The position numbers and the translations under genes are program-made. A DNA stretch of 63,316 nt, counting the filler, from Octopus bimaculoides (taxonomy: Eukaryota), in assembly GCF_001194135.2 (NCBI RefSeq). It is 5 parts of 5 records of this genome, joined end to end, with 100 filler letters (N's around TTAATTAATTAA, not from the genome) between each part and the next. Parts side by side here need not be neighbours in the genome. Positions count along the whole stretch, not along the records: positions 38,631 to 54,016 come from NC_068994.1; positions 54,117 to 57,924 come from NW_026309274.1; positions 58,025 to 63,316 come from NC_068981.1; 2 more parts are not named here. One strand, written 5' to 3'. Positions 51,031 to 61,479 of the stretch are shown piece by piece. The notes beneath the pieces were generated by a model that did not search any database, was not told the origin of the DNA, and saw only the letters and a program-made list of their open reading frames with translations. Numbering within the stretch: position 1 is the first letter of the stretch; every line of letters starts with the position of its first letter.

Positions 51031-51823
51031 ATATATATATATATATATATATATATANNNNNNNNNNNNNNNNNNNNNNNNNNNNNNNNNNNNNNNNNNN
51101 NNNNNNNNNNNNNNNNNNNNNNNNNNNNNNNNNNNNNNNNNNNNNNNNNNNNNNNNNNNNNNNNNNNNNNNNNNNNNNNNNNNNNNNNNNNNNNNNNNNN
51201 NNNNNNNNNNNNNNNNNNNNNNNNNNNNNNNNNNNNNNNNNNNNNNNNNNNNNNNNNNNNNNNNNNNNNNNNNNNNNNNNNNNNNNNNNNNNNNNNNNNN
51301 NNNNNNNNNNNNNNNNNNNNNNNNNNNNNNNNNNNNNNNNNNNNNNNNNNNNNNNNNNNNNNNNNNNNNNNNNNNNNNNNNNNNNNNNNNNNNNNNNNNN
51401 NNNNNNNNNNNNNNNNNNNNNNNNNNNNNNNNNNNNNNNNNNNNNNNNNNNNNNNNNNNNNNNNNNNNNNNNNNNNNNNNNNNNNNNNNNNNNNNNNNNN
51501 NNNNNNNNNNNNNNNNNNNNNNNNNNNNNNNNNNNNNNNNNNNNNNNNNNNNNNNNNNNNNNNNNNNNNNNNNNNNNACAATTGTTGAAGGAGAAGCAAC
51601 AATGACACAGCTCATACTGACTGACATAACACACAAATATAAACAAGCACAGAGCCACACACATACATACTTACATATGACAGGCTTCTTTCAGTTTCCC
51701 TCTATCAAATTCACTAACAAGGCTTTGGTTGACCCAATGCTATGCACTCGAAGTGATAGGGAAATTAGCTTACTCTCACAACTATGGCTGCACCTAATAT
51801 ATATATGTATTAGCTCAACTAAT

Positions 51824-51981
51824 ATATTGGGTTGTCCGGAAAGTCCGTGCCGATTTATAGTAGCTTACCTTTTGACTTATTTGCCATGAAATCACTTCAG
51901 TTCTGGGAAGAGGGTATTTTCAAGTTAAAGGAAAGATGGAGACGCATTGTGCAACAAAATGGTTCATATTTGGTTGATTAA
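51824..51981 (+). mobile_element. Internally deleted mariner relic (left TIR fused to transposase C-terminus)
   Basis: tattgggttgtccggaaagtccgtgccgatt TIR-like start; 51898-51981 encodes QFWEEGIFKLKERWRRIVQQNGSYLVD*, a mariner transposase C-terminus; no right TIR seen. Confidence 0.8.
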
Positions 51982-52347
51982 AAATGTAACGGCAAGTATT
52001 TATTGAACTTTTTCTTTGCAATAGTTGAACAACTACTGAAAAAGTTGCGAGACACAACAAAAATTTTAGAAAAATAAAGAAGGAAATGAGTGGAAATTTA
52101 ACTGGTGAGTGTGTTAAATTATAAGGTACTAAAAGAGAATGACCCTCCCCCCAGACACAACAGAATTTGCTTCAACACATGAACTCACATAAAGAATCTT
52201 GCAAACCAAATCCCAAAACGAAGTATAAATATATATATATATATGTCCCTTCTTTGGTCAGTAGATTACCTTTTTAATCTTTATTACTGATATGACATAA
52301 TATGTCATATGTGTTTGTATATTGTTTTTATTGTCCTGTCCTCTTAG

Positions 52348-52362
52348 TTGAAAAATAAACAG
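52348..52362 (+). CDS. Candidate 15-nt microexon (LKNKQ, phase 0/0)
   Basis: tattgtttttattgtcctgtcctcttAG|TTGAAAAATAAACAG|GTAAAT; about 80-nt AG-free upstream zone; only phase 0 is stop-free. Confidence 0.35.
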
Positions 52363-53347
52363 GTAAATTGACATAATACAATGTCTGCAAGTTGATGAGT
52401 ACCACATATACCCCTCCATTTTCTTATTGCTATATANNNNNNNNNNNNNNNNNNNNNNNNNNNNNNNNNNNNNNNNNNNNNNNNNNNNNNNNNNNNNNNN
52501 NNNNNNNNNNNNNNNNNNNNNNNNNNNNNNNNNNNNNNNNNNNNNNNNNNNNNNNNNNNNNNNNNNNNNNNNNNNNNNNNNNNNNNNNNNNNNNNNNNNN
52601 NNNNNNNNNNNNNNNNNNNNNNNNNNNNNNNNNNNNNNNNNNNNNNNNNNNNNNNNNNNNNNNNNNNNNNNNNNNNNNNNNNNNNNNNNNNNNNNNNNNN
52701 NNNNNNNNNNNNNNNNNNNNNNNNNNNNNNNNNNNNNNNNNNNNNNNNNNNNNNNNNNNNNNNNNNNNNNNNNNNNNNNNNNNNNNNNNNNNNNNNNNNN
52801 NNNNNNNNNNNNNNNNNNNNNNNNNNNNNNNNNNNNNNNNNNNNNNNNNNNNNNNNNNNNNNNNNNNNNNNNNNNNNNNNNNNNNNNNNNNNNNNNNNNN
52901 NNNNNNNNNNNNNNNNNNNNNNNNNNNNNNNNNNNNTATATAAAACTGTACCCTTTGGTCTATAGTTTCCATTCCCATGTGTGTTTTTACCTTAATAATT
53001 AGTAGTTTTTACAAATAATTTCATGCTTCATTTGTTTTACCTCTTATCTTTAAAGGGGTATGGGTTTGAATGTTTTACAAATTCTGACTGCTTCACGCTT
53101 GGAAGTTCTGTCATCTTAGTGTACATAAACATAACCGATCCAATGTTTTGTATTCAAACACTCTAATTATAAGGAAATAAACCAATCAAATGTGCTTTGT
53201 AATCAAACATTTTCTGATTATACATGAGTGGCTGGTCTAATAGCAGTCCCACTGTGTATCAGTGGCATGTTGAAAGGATGTTAACTCTACTGGAATCCTA
53301 TTTAGCTTCAATATTTTGCAATTCTATATTGTAATTGTTATCTCTAG

Positions 53348-53439
53348 GGTTGAGTATTTGGTCATACCTCTGTAAGCAGTTGGTGAGCAGCGATTAACTG
53401 TTGCTGTGGAAGCTTGATACATGTCTCCTTCCCACCAAC
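53348..53439 (+). other. Candidate exon with three tandem donors
   Basis: tattgtaattgttatctctAG acceptor; donors after 53371 (GTAAGC), 53382 (GTGAGC) and 53439 (GTAAGT). Confidence 0.3.
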
Positions 53440-53545
53440 GTAAGTCCCCTTCCCAACATAAATCTTCTTACTCTCTCTCTCTCTCTCTCTCAAGTTAATT
53501 TATCTCACAAAACTGATAATCTAAACATAGATCTTAATTCAAACT

Positions 53546-53778
53546 TAATTTCATTTTTTGGCATTCAGATTATTCTATCAAATGTAATGCTTATTTGTTC
53601 ACATTGTTTTTGAATTAATTATGCATTATCATGATGCTTAAAGATTTCAGTGATGTGGTTGTTTATTCTTATAATGACATTGTAGGGTAGTTGTGAAAGG
53701 CTAGATTTGGCCAATTTAAACATAAAACATGAATAATATTTTAACTGGATATGGCTGGTGTAGCTGCTAAAAGGTTAA
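53546..53778. mobile_element. MITE family G copy, opposite orientation
   Basis: gcattcagattattctatcaaatgtaatgc..ggatatggctgg..gctaaaaggttaa. Confidence 0.75.
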
Positions 53779-53834
53779 ATTTGATAATCCATTTGGGAAT
53801 GCTGATAAAAAGATAGACTTTTTTTAATATATAT

Positions 53835-54016
53835 ACTCTTTACTCTTTACTTTTTTACTTGTTTCAGTCATTTGACTGCGGCCATGCTGGAGCACCGCCT
53901 TTAGTCAAGCAAACCGACCCCAGGACTTATTCTTTGTAAGCCTAGTACTTATTCTATCGGTCACTTTTGCCGAATCGCTAAGTTACGGGGACGTGAACAC
54001 ACCAGCATCGGTTGTC
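53835..54016 (-). mobile_element. SINE family B 3' half, truncated by linker
   Basis: CpG-rich, young-looking copy that ends abruptly at the N run. Confidence 0.9.
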
Positions 54017-54116
54017 NNNNNNNNNNNNNNNNNNNNNNNNNNNNNNNNNNNNNNNNNNNNTTAATTAATTAANNNNNNNNNNNNNNNNNNNNNNNNNNNN
54101 NNNNNNNNNNNNNNNN
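54017..54116. other. Artificial 100-bp join linker
   Basis: 44 N + TTAATTAATTAA (54061-54072) + 44 N. Confidence 0.95.
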
Positions 54117-54187
<71 letters not shown>

Positions 54188-54616
54188 GTATCTTTCTTTG
54201 TGCGTCTGTGTTGGTGAATGCGTCGGAATCTCAATAAGAGACGTTTGGCTGAAACAATCTGATCTTCCAATATCACAACAGTCGCACCAATCGCCAATCG
54301 GATTCTATAATCCTATTGGCAGACATTACATAAAGGAATTCATCAAAAGAATTTCTCCCATAGACTTTTATCTTAATATACGGAACTTTACAGACTAATC
54401 ACAAAATTGCAATACATTTTCTTCTTGGTCTTATCATTTGTCACTCTCCCTCTCTCGTTCTCTCTCTCTCTCTCTCTCTCGCAATTTCAATTATTTTACG
54501 TATAAATGAATTATACATACGTATATACATATATCTTGCACACGTGTGCAATATATGTGCATTCATACATAAATATATAGATACATATATATGTACATAT
54601 ATATGTATATGTATAA

Positions 54617-54648
<32 letters not shown>

Positions 54649-54764
54649 AATGTATGTATGTATATGTACATACACACAAACACACACACACATATATATA
54701 TGCATCCATATATATGTATATGTATATACATATACATATATATGTATCCATATATATGTATATA

Positions 54765-54795
<31 letters not shown>

Positions 54796-55944
54796 NNNNN
54801 NNNNNNNNNNNNNNNNNNNNNNNNNNNNNNNNNNNNNNNNNNNNNNNNNNNNNNNNNNNNNNNNNNNNNNNNNNNNNNNNNNNNNNNNNNNNNNNNNNNN
54901 NNNNNNNNNNNNNNNNNNNNNNNNNNNNNNNNNNNNNNNNNNNNNNNNNNNNNNNNNNNNNNNNNNNNNNNNNNNNNNNNNNNNNNNNNNNNNNNNNNNN
55001 NNNNNNNNNNNNNNNNNNNNNNNNNNNNNNNNNNNNNNNNNNNNNNNNNNNNNNNNNNNNNNNNNNNNNNNNNNNNNNNNNNNNNNNNNNNNNNNNNNNN
55101 NNNNNNNNNNNNNNNNNNNNNNNNNNNNNNNNNNNNNNNNNNNNNNNNNNNNNNNNNNNNNNNNNNNNNNNNNNNNNNNNNNNNNNNNNNNNNNNNNNNN
55201 NNNNNNNNNNNNNNNNNNNNNNNNNNNNNNNNNNNNNNNNNNNNNNNNNNNNNNNNNNNNNNNNNNNNNNNNNNNNNNNNNNNNNNNNNNNNNNNNNNNN
55301 NNNNNNNNNNNNNNNNNNNNNNNNNNNNNNNNNNNNNNNNNNNNNNNNNNNNNNNNNNNNNNNNNNNNNNNNNNNNNNNNNNNNNNNNNNNNNNNNNNNN
55401 NNNNNNNNNNNNNNNNNNNNNNNNNNNNNNNNNNNNNNNNNNNNNNNNNNNNNNNNNNNNNNNNNNNNNNNNNNNNNNNNNNNNNNNNNNNNNNNNNNNN
55501 NNNNNNNNNNNNNNNNNNNNNNNNNNNNNNNNNNNNNNNNNNNNNNNNNNNNNNNNNNNNNNNNNNNNNNNNNNNNNNNNNNNNNNNNNNNNNNNNNNNN
55601 NNNNNNNNNNNNNNNNNNNNNNNNNNNNNNNNNNNNNNNNNNNNNNNNNNNNNNNNNNNNNNNNNNNNNNNNNNNNNNNNNNNNNNNNNNNNNNNNNNNN
55701 NNNNNNNNNNNNNNNNNNNNNNNNNNNNNNNNNNNNNNNNNNNNNNNNNNNNNNNNNNNNNNNNNNNNNNNNNTATATATATATATATATGTTTATTTAT
55801 ACATATATGTGTGTGTGTGTGCATATATATATATATATATGTATGTATATATACATATACATTTATATGTATATATATATTATATATGTATTGATATGTA
55901 CATGCATATGTATATACATATATATTATTACTTTTCTATTATTC

Positions 55945-56065
55945 TTCAACCCTTTTCGGTCATTTGACTGCGGCCATGCTCAAGCACCACCTTTAGTTGA
56001 ACAAATCGACACCTGGGCACTGGATTCATTCTTTAGAAGCCTAGTACTTATTCTATCGGTCCCTT
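55945..56065 (-). mobile_element. SINE family B 3' fragment
   Basis: gtcatttgactgcggccatgct..aagcctagtacttattctatcggtc. Confidence 0.8.
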
Positions 56066-56267
56066 TTGTATATATATATGTATTATACATCCCTCACACA
56101 CATATATATATACGTATATATACACACATATATATTCACACATTTATATGTACTTATATATATATGTACATTGAATTTACAAAAATATGCACAAAGATAC
56201 ACACACACATACACACACACACACACACATATATATACATATATAAAGGTGAGCGTGAGCATGCGTG

Positions 56268-56352
<85 letters not shown>

Positions 56353-56809
56353 TTGTGTGTGTATTTGTGTGTGTTTGCGCGTTCCTGTGCCTTTTGGGCA
56401 AATTATAAGGCTGTCTTCTGAAACATACAAGGAAAGAACTGTGTTTTCATGGCGTAAGTTAATCGACTGAACGAAAAGGGAATCATAATATCCTTAGCGA
56501 TTCGTACGTTAAACCATCTTCACACAGTCACACCTATACTCATGCGGGCAACATTCTATATTTTTCAACAACACTCTCCGGCTCTCTTTCGCTCTTTCCA
56601 ATGATGGTTGTCTACAACATAAACAGCCGTGCCGTTCTTATTAATCATTTCAAATATACAAGACAATTAGAAGAATCTCAAGCTTGCTGCCGGCAATATT
56701 ATCACACCTCCACCCTTCACAACAATTTCATAAACTTCAACCACAACTACAAATATAATAAAGAGCGCGCAATATCTTCATATACCGCTAAAATAACTAC
56801 AAACATCGA

Positions 56810-56850
<41 letters not shown>

Positions 56851-57184
56851 TACAGGTATATATATATATATATATATGCATCCATATATATGTATATGTA
56901 TATACATATACATATATATGTATCCATATATATGTATATATATATGTATATATATATANNNNNNNNNNNNNNNNNNNNNNNNNNNNNNNNNNNNNNNNNN
57001 NNNNNNNNNNNNNNNNNNNNNNNNNNNNNNNNNNNNNNNNNNNNNNNNNNNNNNNNNNNNNNNNNNNNNNNNNNNNNNNNNNNNNNNNNNNNNNNNNNNN
57101 NNNNNNNNNNNNNNNNNNNNNNNNNNNNNNNNNNNNNNNNNNNNNNNNNNNNNNNNNNNNNNNNNNNNNNNNNNNNNNNNNNNN

Positions 57185-57226
<42 letters not shown>

Positions 57227-57924
57227 GATCGATCGATCGATCGATCTATCTGTCTATTTATCTATCTATCTACCTGTCATATATATGAATGTATTCGTGT
57301 ATGTGAATCAAACAAGAAATATTACGTCATTAACAACACGGACAACAGTGAAAATAACAAGAACAACAGAAACATCTCCAACAACAACAACAACAACAAC
57401 AACAATAACAGGAAAAAGAAACGAAACGAATAGCAAAAACTAAAACACGCAAAATGAAGAAAAAAAAAGCCTTTCAGAGGTAAAACAACAAACAACTACA
57501 AGAACAACACCAAATCAATGAAAACAATAACAACAAAAGCAACAACAACAGATGCAGTAACAGTAACAAGAATAACATCAATGTTTACCTTTATTTTCGA
57601 ACCAAACCGTGGAACAAAGTTGGAACTACGATGAATGAAATATAATAACGGACAGGGCAAGAATTGAACCGTGACTGCTTATGTTTGCTTAGCAGGACGT
57701 GGTTATTATATTAACTAAGAAAAGGACCAACGCCGTCAATTTGACCTTTGGTGCATTATGGGGCAGTAGGGGGCGTTCGTGAGGAAGAAGGAGCATTAAC
57801 ATAATCTTGGGGACTTTCGTCTTCTTTCTTTTCCTCTTTCTTTCTTTCTTTCTCTCTTTAGTTCTTTCTTTCTTTTCTTTTGCCCTTAGATTTTATTTAG
57901 TATTTTTTTGTTTATTTATTTTAT

Positions 57925-58024
57925 NNNNNNNNNNNNNNNNNNNNNNNNNNNNNNNNNNNNNNNNNNNNTTAATTAATTAANNNNNNNNNNNNNNNNNNNN
58001 NNNNNNNNNNNNNNNNNNNNNNNN
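57925..58024. other. Artificial 100-bp join linker
   Basis: 44 N + TTAATTAATTAA (57969-57980) + 44 N. Confidence 0.95.
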
Positions 58025-58132
58025 ATATATATATATATGTGTGTGTATATATATAATATATATATATACATACATATATCATCACATCATTTAATATTTT
58101 CTTTTTGATGCTGGCATATATACACACACACA

Positions 58133-59300
58133 CACTGGATCAGCCAAAAAGTTCACTTAGTTTTTATCAATGCTAAACTTCAAGCACTCTAATCAGTAGC
58201 TAACTTCAGTCTGTCTCTTGCACATGTGCATCCATTAGATGCTTGACACTTCAACGTAGTTTGATGCGAACTTCTGACAAGACAGGTTGTATTTTGTGTA
58301 CTTGGAATTACTCTGAAAATGGAGTGCCAAAACAAACATTATCGACACCTCATAGTTTTCTTTTTATTTTAAATGACAAGAAATCAGTGGAAAGCTGCAG
58401 GGAGTTATGCGCTGTGTATGGAGAGGATGCTGTTATGAAACATGTGCCAGTAGTGTGTTTCAAGATTTCAATTGGGAAATTTTTGATTGAAGATGCACCT
58501 CACTCTGGTCAGTGAACTGAGATTAATAGTAACACCAATCCCTGCTATACAACCAGGATAATTGCAGATATTCTACAAATATTCTGAGTGTTGAAGAACC
58601 CATCTGCATCAGCTTGGTTATGACAGCAGGCTTCATGCTTGGGTCAACTGAATAAAGCTAACCTGACTCAATGGATTTCCATCTGTGATTTATTGCAGAA
58701 ACATGAAGAAAGTTACCCTTTTCTGAAGAGAATGATAAGGGATGAAAAATGGCAAACCACCACAATCAATTAGCAAAGCAGGGCTTCACCTGAGAAAGGT
58801 TATGCTTTCAATTTGGTGGGACTAGAAGGATGTCGTCTTTTATGAGATTATGCCCCAAGGTCAGGACCATCAATTTAGATGTGCATTGTGACCAGCTGGA
58901 CACTAGAAGCATCTAGTACTTGCTAATAAGGATCTTTCATCATGACAGTGCCAGACTGCAGACTTTTTGTAAATGTGGCAGAAGATACTGGGACCTATCT
59001 GGGAAGTTTTACCACACCCTTCATATTCACACAACCTTCCACCTTCAGATTTTCACCTGTTTCAGTCTCCTCAAAATTCACTGAATGGACCTTCAACACT
59101 GAAGAAGATGTAAAATTTCACCTGAAAGGGTATTTTGCCAGTAAAGACAGGAAATTCTTTGAGCAGGAAATAATGAATCTACTCACAAGATGGCAGAAGA
59201 TACTGGGATGAAACAATAATTATATCATTGATTGAATAAATTGCTTTGTGTTTAAAACTTGTCTTGGAAAAAGCAAATGGATTTTTTGGCCAAACCAATA
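58133..59300 (+). mobile_element. Near full-length degenerate mariner (D,D34D-type) transposon; transposase pseudogene
   Basis: Fragments LCAVYGEDAV, LIEDAPHSGQ, PFLKRMIRDEKW, GLHLRKVMLSIWWD, HHDSAR, WEVLPHPSYSHNLPPSDFHLF, FFEQEIMNLLTRWQKI with stops and frameshifts; imperfect 33-bp TIRs (58133-58165 versus 59268-59300, 23/33 matches by eye). Confidence 0.92.
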
Positions 59301-59310
59301 TATATATATA

Positions 59311-59545
59311 TTATTTACATTCAATGGATATTTGTCCTCATCTTGTTTGTTGTTAACACGTTTCGGCTGATATACCCTCCAGCCTCATTCAGGTGTCTTG
59401 AGGAAATTTTGAACCTGGGTTCATGTTCCTAAGATATTTTTCAATATTATTATCATTGTTGTTGTTGTTAGTGTTCAGGACATTGCTTGGAATCGAACTC
59501 AGAATCTTGGGGTTAGTAGCCCATGCTTTAACCACTATGACATAT
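59311..59545 (-). mobile_element. tRNA-headed SINE carrying a hammerhead-like core
   Basis: Head with A-box remnant TGTCATAGTGG, anticodon arm GGG-CTACTAA-CCC and B box GAGTTCGATTCC; (AAC/AAT)n spacer; body GACAC-CTGAATGA-GGCTG..CAGCC-GAAAC-GTGTT. Confidence 0.65.
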
Positions 59546-60002
59546 GGCATTGTGGTTATGATGTACATAATTCCTCATCTCTTAAATATAGAACTGCAAT
59601 ATATATANNNNNNNNNNNNNNNNNNNNNNNNNNNNNNNNNNNNNNNNNNNNNNNNNNNNNNNNNNNNNNNNNNNNNNNNNNNNNNNNNNNNNNNNNNNNN
59701 NNNNNNNNNNNNNNNNNNNNNNNNNNNNNNNNNNNNNNNNNNNNNNNNNNNNNNNNNNNNNNNNNNNNNNNNNNNNNNNNNNNNNNNNNNNNNNNNNNNN
59801 NNNNNNNNNNNNNNNNNNNNNNNNNNNNNNNNNNNNNNNNNNNNNNNNNNNNNNNNNNNNNNNNNNNNNNNNNNNNNNNNNNNNNNNNNNNNNNNNNNNN
59901 NNNNNNNNNNNNNNNNNNNNNNNNNNNNNNNNNNNNNNNNNNNNNNNNNNNNNNNNNNNNNNNNNNNNNNNNNNNNNNNNNNNNNNNNNNNNNNNNNNNN
60001 NN

Positions 60003-60330
60003 GACCTGTTGGGGCAAGTGAAAGCGAAATCGTGATTGAACCAAATTCAATGACTAGCACCTGCCAGTGGAACGCTAAGACCACCATCCGAGCGTGATCA
60101 TTGCCAGAGCAGCTGTCTGGCTTCCGTGCCAGTGGCACATAAATAGCATTGTTTGAGCGTGATTGTTACCAGCATCGCCTTACTGGCATTTCTGCAGGTG
60201 GCACGTGTAAAAACATTTGAGCGAAGTCGTTGCCAGTGCCGCTGGACTGACTCCTGTGCAGGTGGCACATAAAAAACACCATTTCGAGTGTGGTCATTGC
60301 CAGTACCGCATGACTGCCCCTCGTGCCGGT
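60003..60330 (+). mobile_element. Repeat with four degenerate ~65-bp internal units
   Basis: gag(c/t)g..gtt/attgccag..ggtggcac..aaaa..catt units start at 60090, 60155, 60219 and 60286; same unit at about 46858. Confidence 0.7.
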
Positions 60331-60339
60331 GAGAAGCAT

Positions 60340-60545
60340 ATGTGTGTGTGTGTGTGTTTGTACCCTCACCATCACTTGACTACCGATGTTGCTGCGTTTG
60401 TCCCCATAACTTAGTTGTTTGCAAAACACACTGATAGAATAAGTACTATGCTTACAAAGAATAAATCCTGTTGTCAATTTCTTCGACTAAAAGTGGTGCT
60501 GTAGCATGGCAGCAGTCACATGACTGAAGCAAGTAAAACAATAAA
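60340..60545 (+). mobile_element. SINE family B 3' half, CpG-decayed
   Basis: gtgtttgtaccc..cttgactaccgatgttg..gatagaataagtact..cagtcacatgactgaagcaagtaaaa. Confidence 0.8.
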
Positions 60546-60591
60546 AAACTATGCCATTTTAATCTCGAGCAACACTGGTTATCTCTGCTAG

Positions 60592-60640
<49 letters not shown>

Positions 60641-61479
60641 GGGGAATGTAATGAATAAAAGCAAAAAAACAAGACCGCACAACGGGATAAGTTTTAACAA
60701 GTATTGTATTAGTTTAAAGCTTAAAAGTGAAAGAATCTTAAAGTTTCTGATGTCAGTTCTTCATCAGGATAAAAAGATAGGAGAATGAGTGATTGAGAAG
60801 GAAAGGAAGGAAGAAAGAAAAAATATGGTCAAGGGATTAGAGGCCTAGTGGCGAAGAGTTGTGAAGGGAAATGGGGCAGGTTGTGTGTTTGTGTGTGCAT
60901 GTATAGGAGTGTATCTGTGTTTTAAGATAGGTGTAAGTGGGGGTTGGAATGTGTGTAGAGGTGTGGGATGTTGGTGTGCATGTGTGTTGTAGTATTGTGT
61001 GTGTATGAGGAAAGCAAGGAAATGATAAGGTGGGAGTGAGTACAAGTGTGAAGTAAAAGGATAGGCAAGTACTAGTGAGTCACACGTAATACTTTCTTTT
61101 CATATTCAAATAGTGTGACAGAGTCAATAAAATGATATAACATCTGCTTCAAGAGGGCAAAACTCCTTTCAAAATACCAACTTGAGTAGGAAGGAACATA
61201 TTCAAGTATGACATTTTCTTTTTTGTAAACACATAACTGTGATTAGCAAACTAAACACACACACACACCCCTTCTTCTTTTTCTCTCACACATGACCATC
61301 GTCCATCTTTCTTTTAATTGTTTATGTTATCATTTTATTTATTCCATGTACCCAGACTTTGTGGACACCCTGTAGTAACTACCTAACAATGGACCTGAAA
61401 AGCTCTCACAAGCAATATGAAGTGCACTCCTTCCTTGGTTAAAAAAACGTATATGTACAGACATATGTATTGAATCTCT

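Noticed and set aside
57226-57246. (GATC)n palindromic run
   Set aside because: Local motif shift within a (TATC)n microsatellite; no evidence of function.
114-57443. Long ORFs such as HTHT, YIYI, CVCV, LSLS and X-filled frames in the ORF track
   Set aside because: Translations of dinucleotide microsatellites or N gaps; not coding.
60225-60280. Resemblance of TGCCAGTGCCG to a twister ribozyme segment
   Set aside because: The other twister features (UAA in L1, pseudoknot partners, AAGC/CCGG segment) are absent.
60090-60330. CRISPR-like periodic array
   Set aside because: Whole units are diverged copies of each other with no constant repeat/unique spacer pattern; eukaryotic context, no cas genes.
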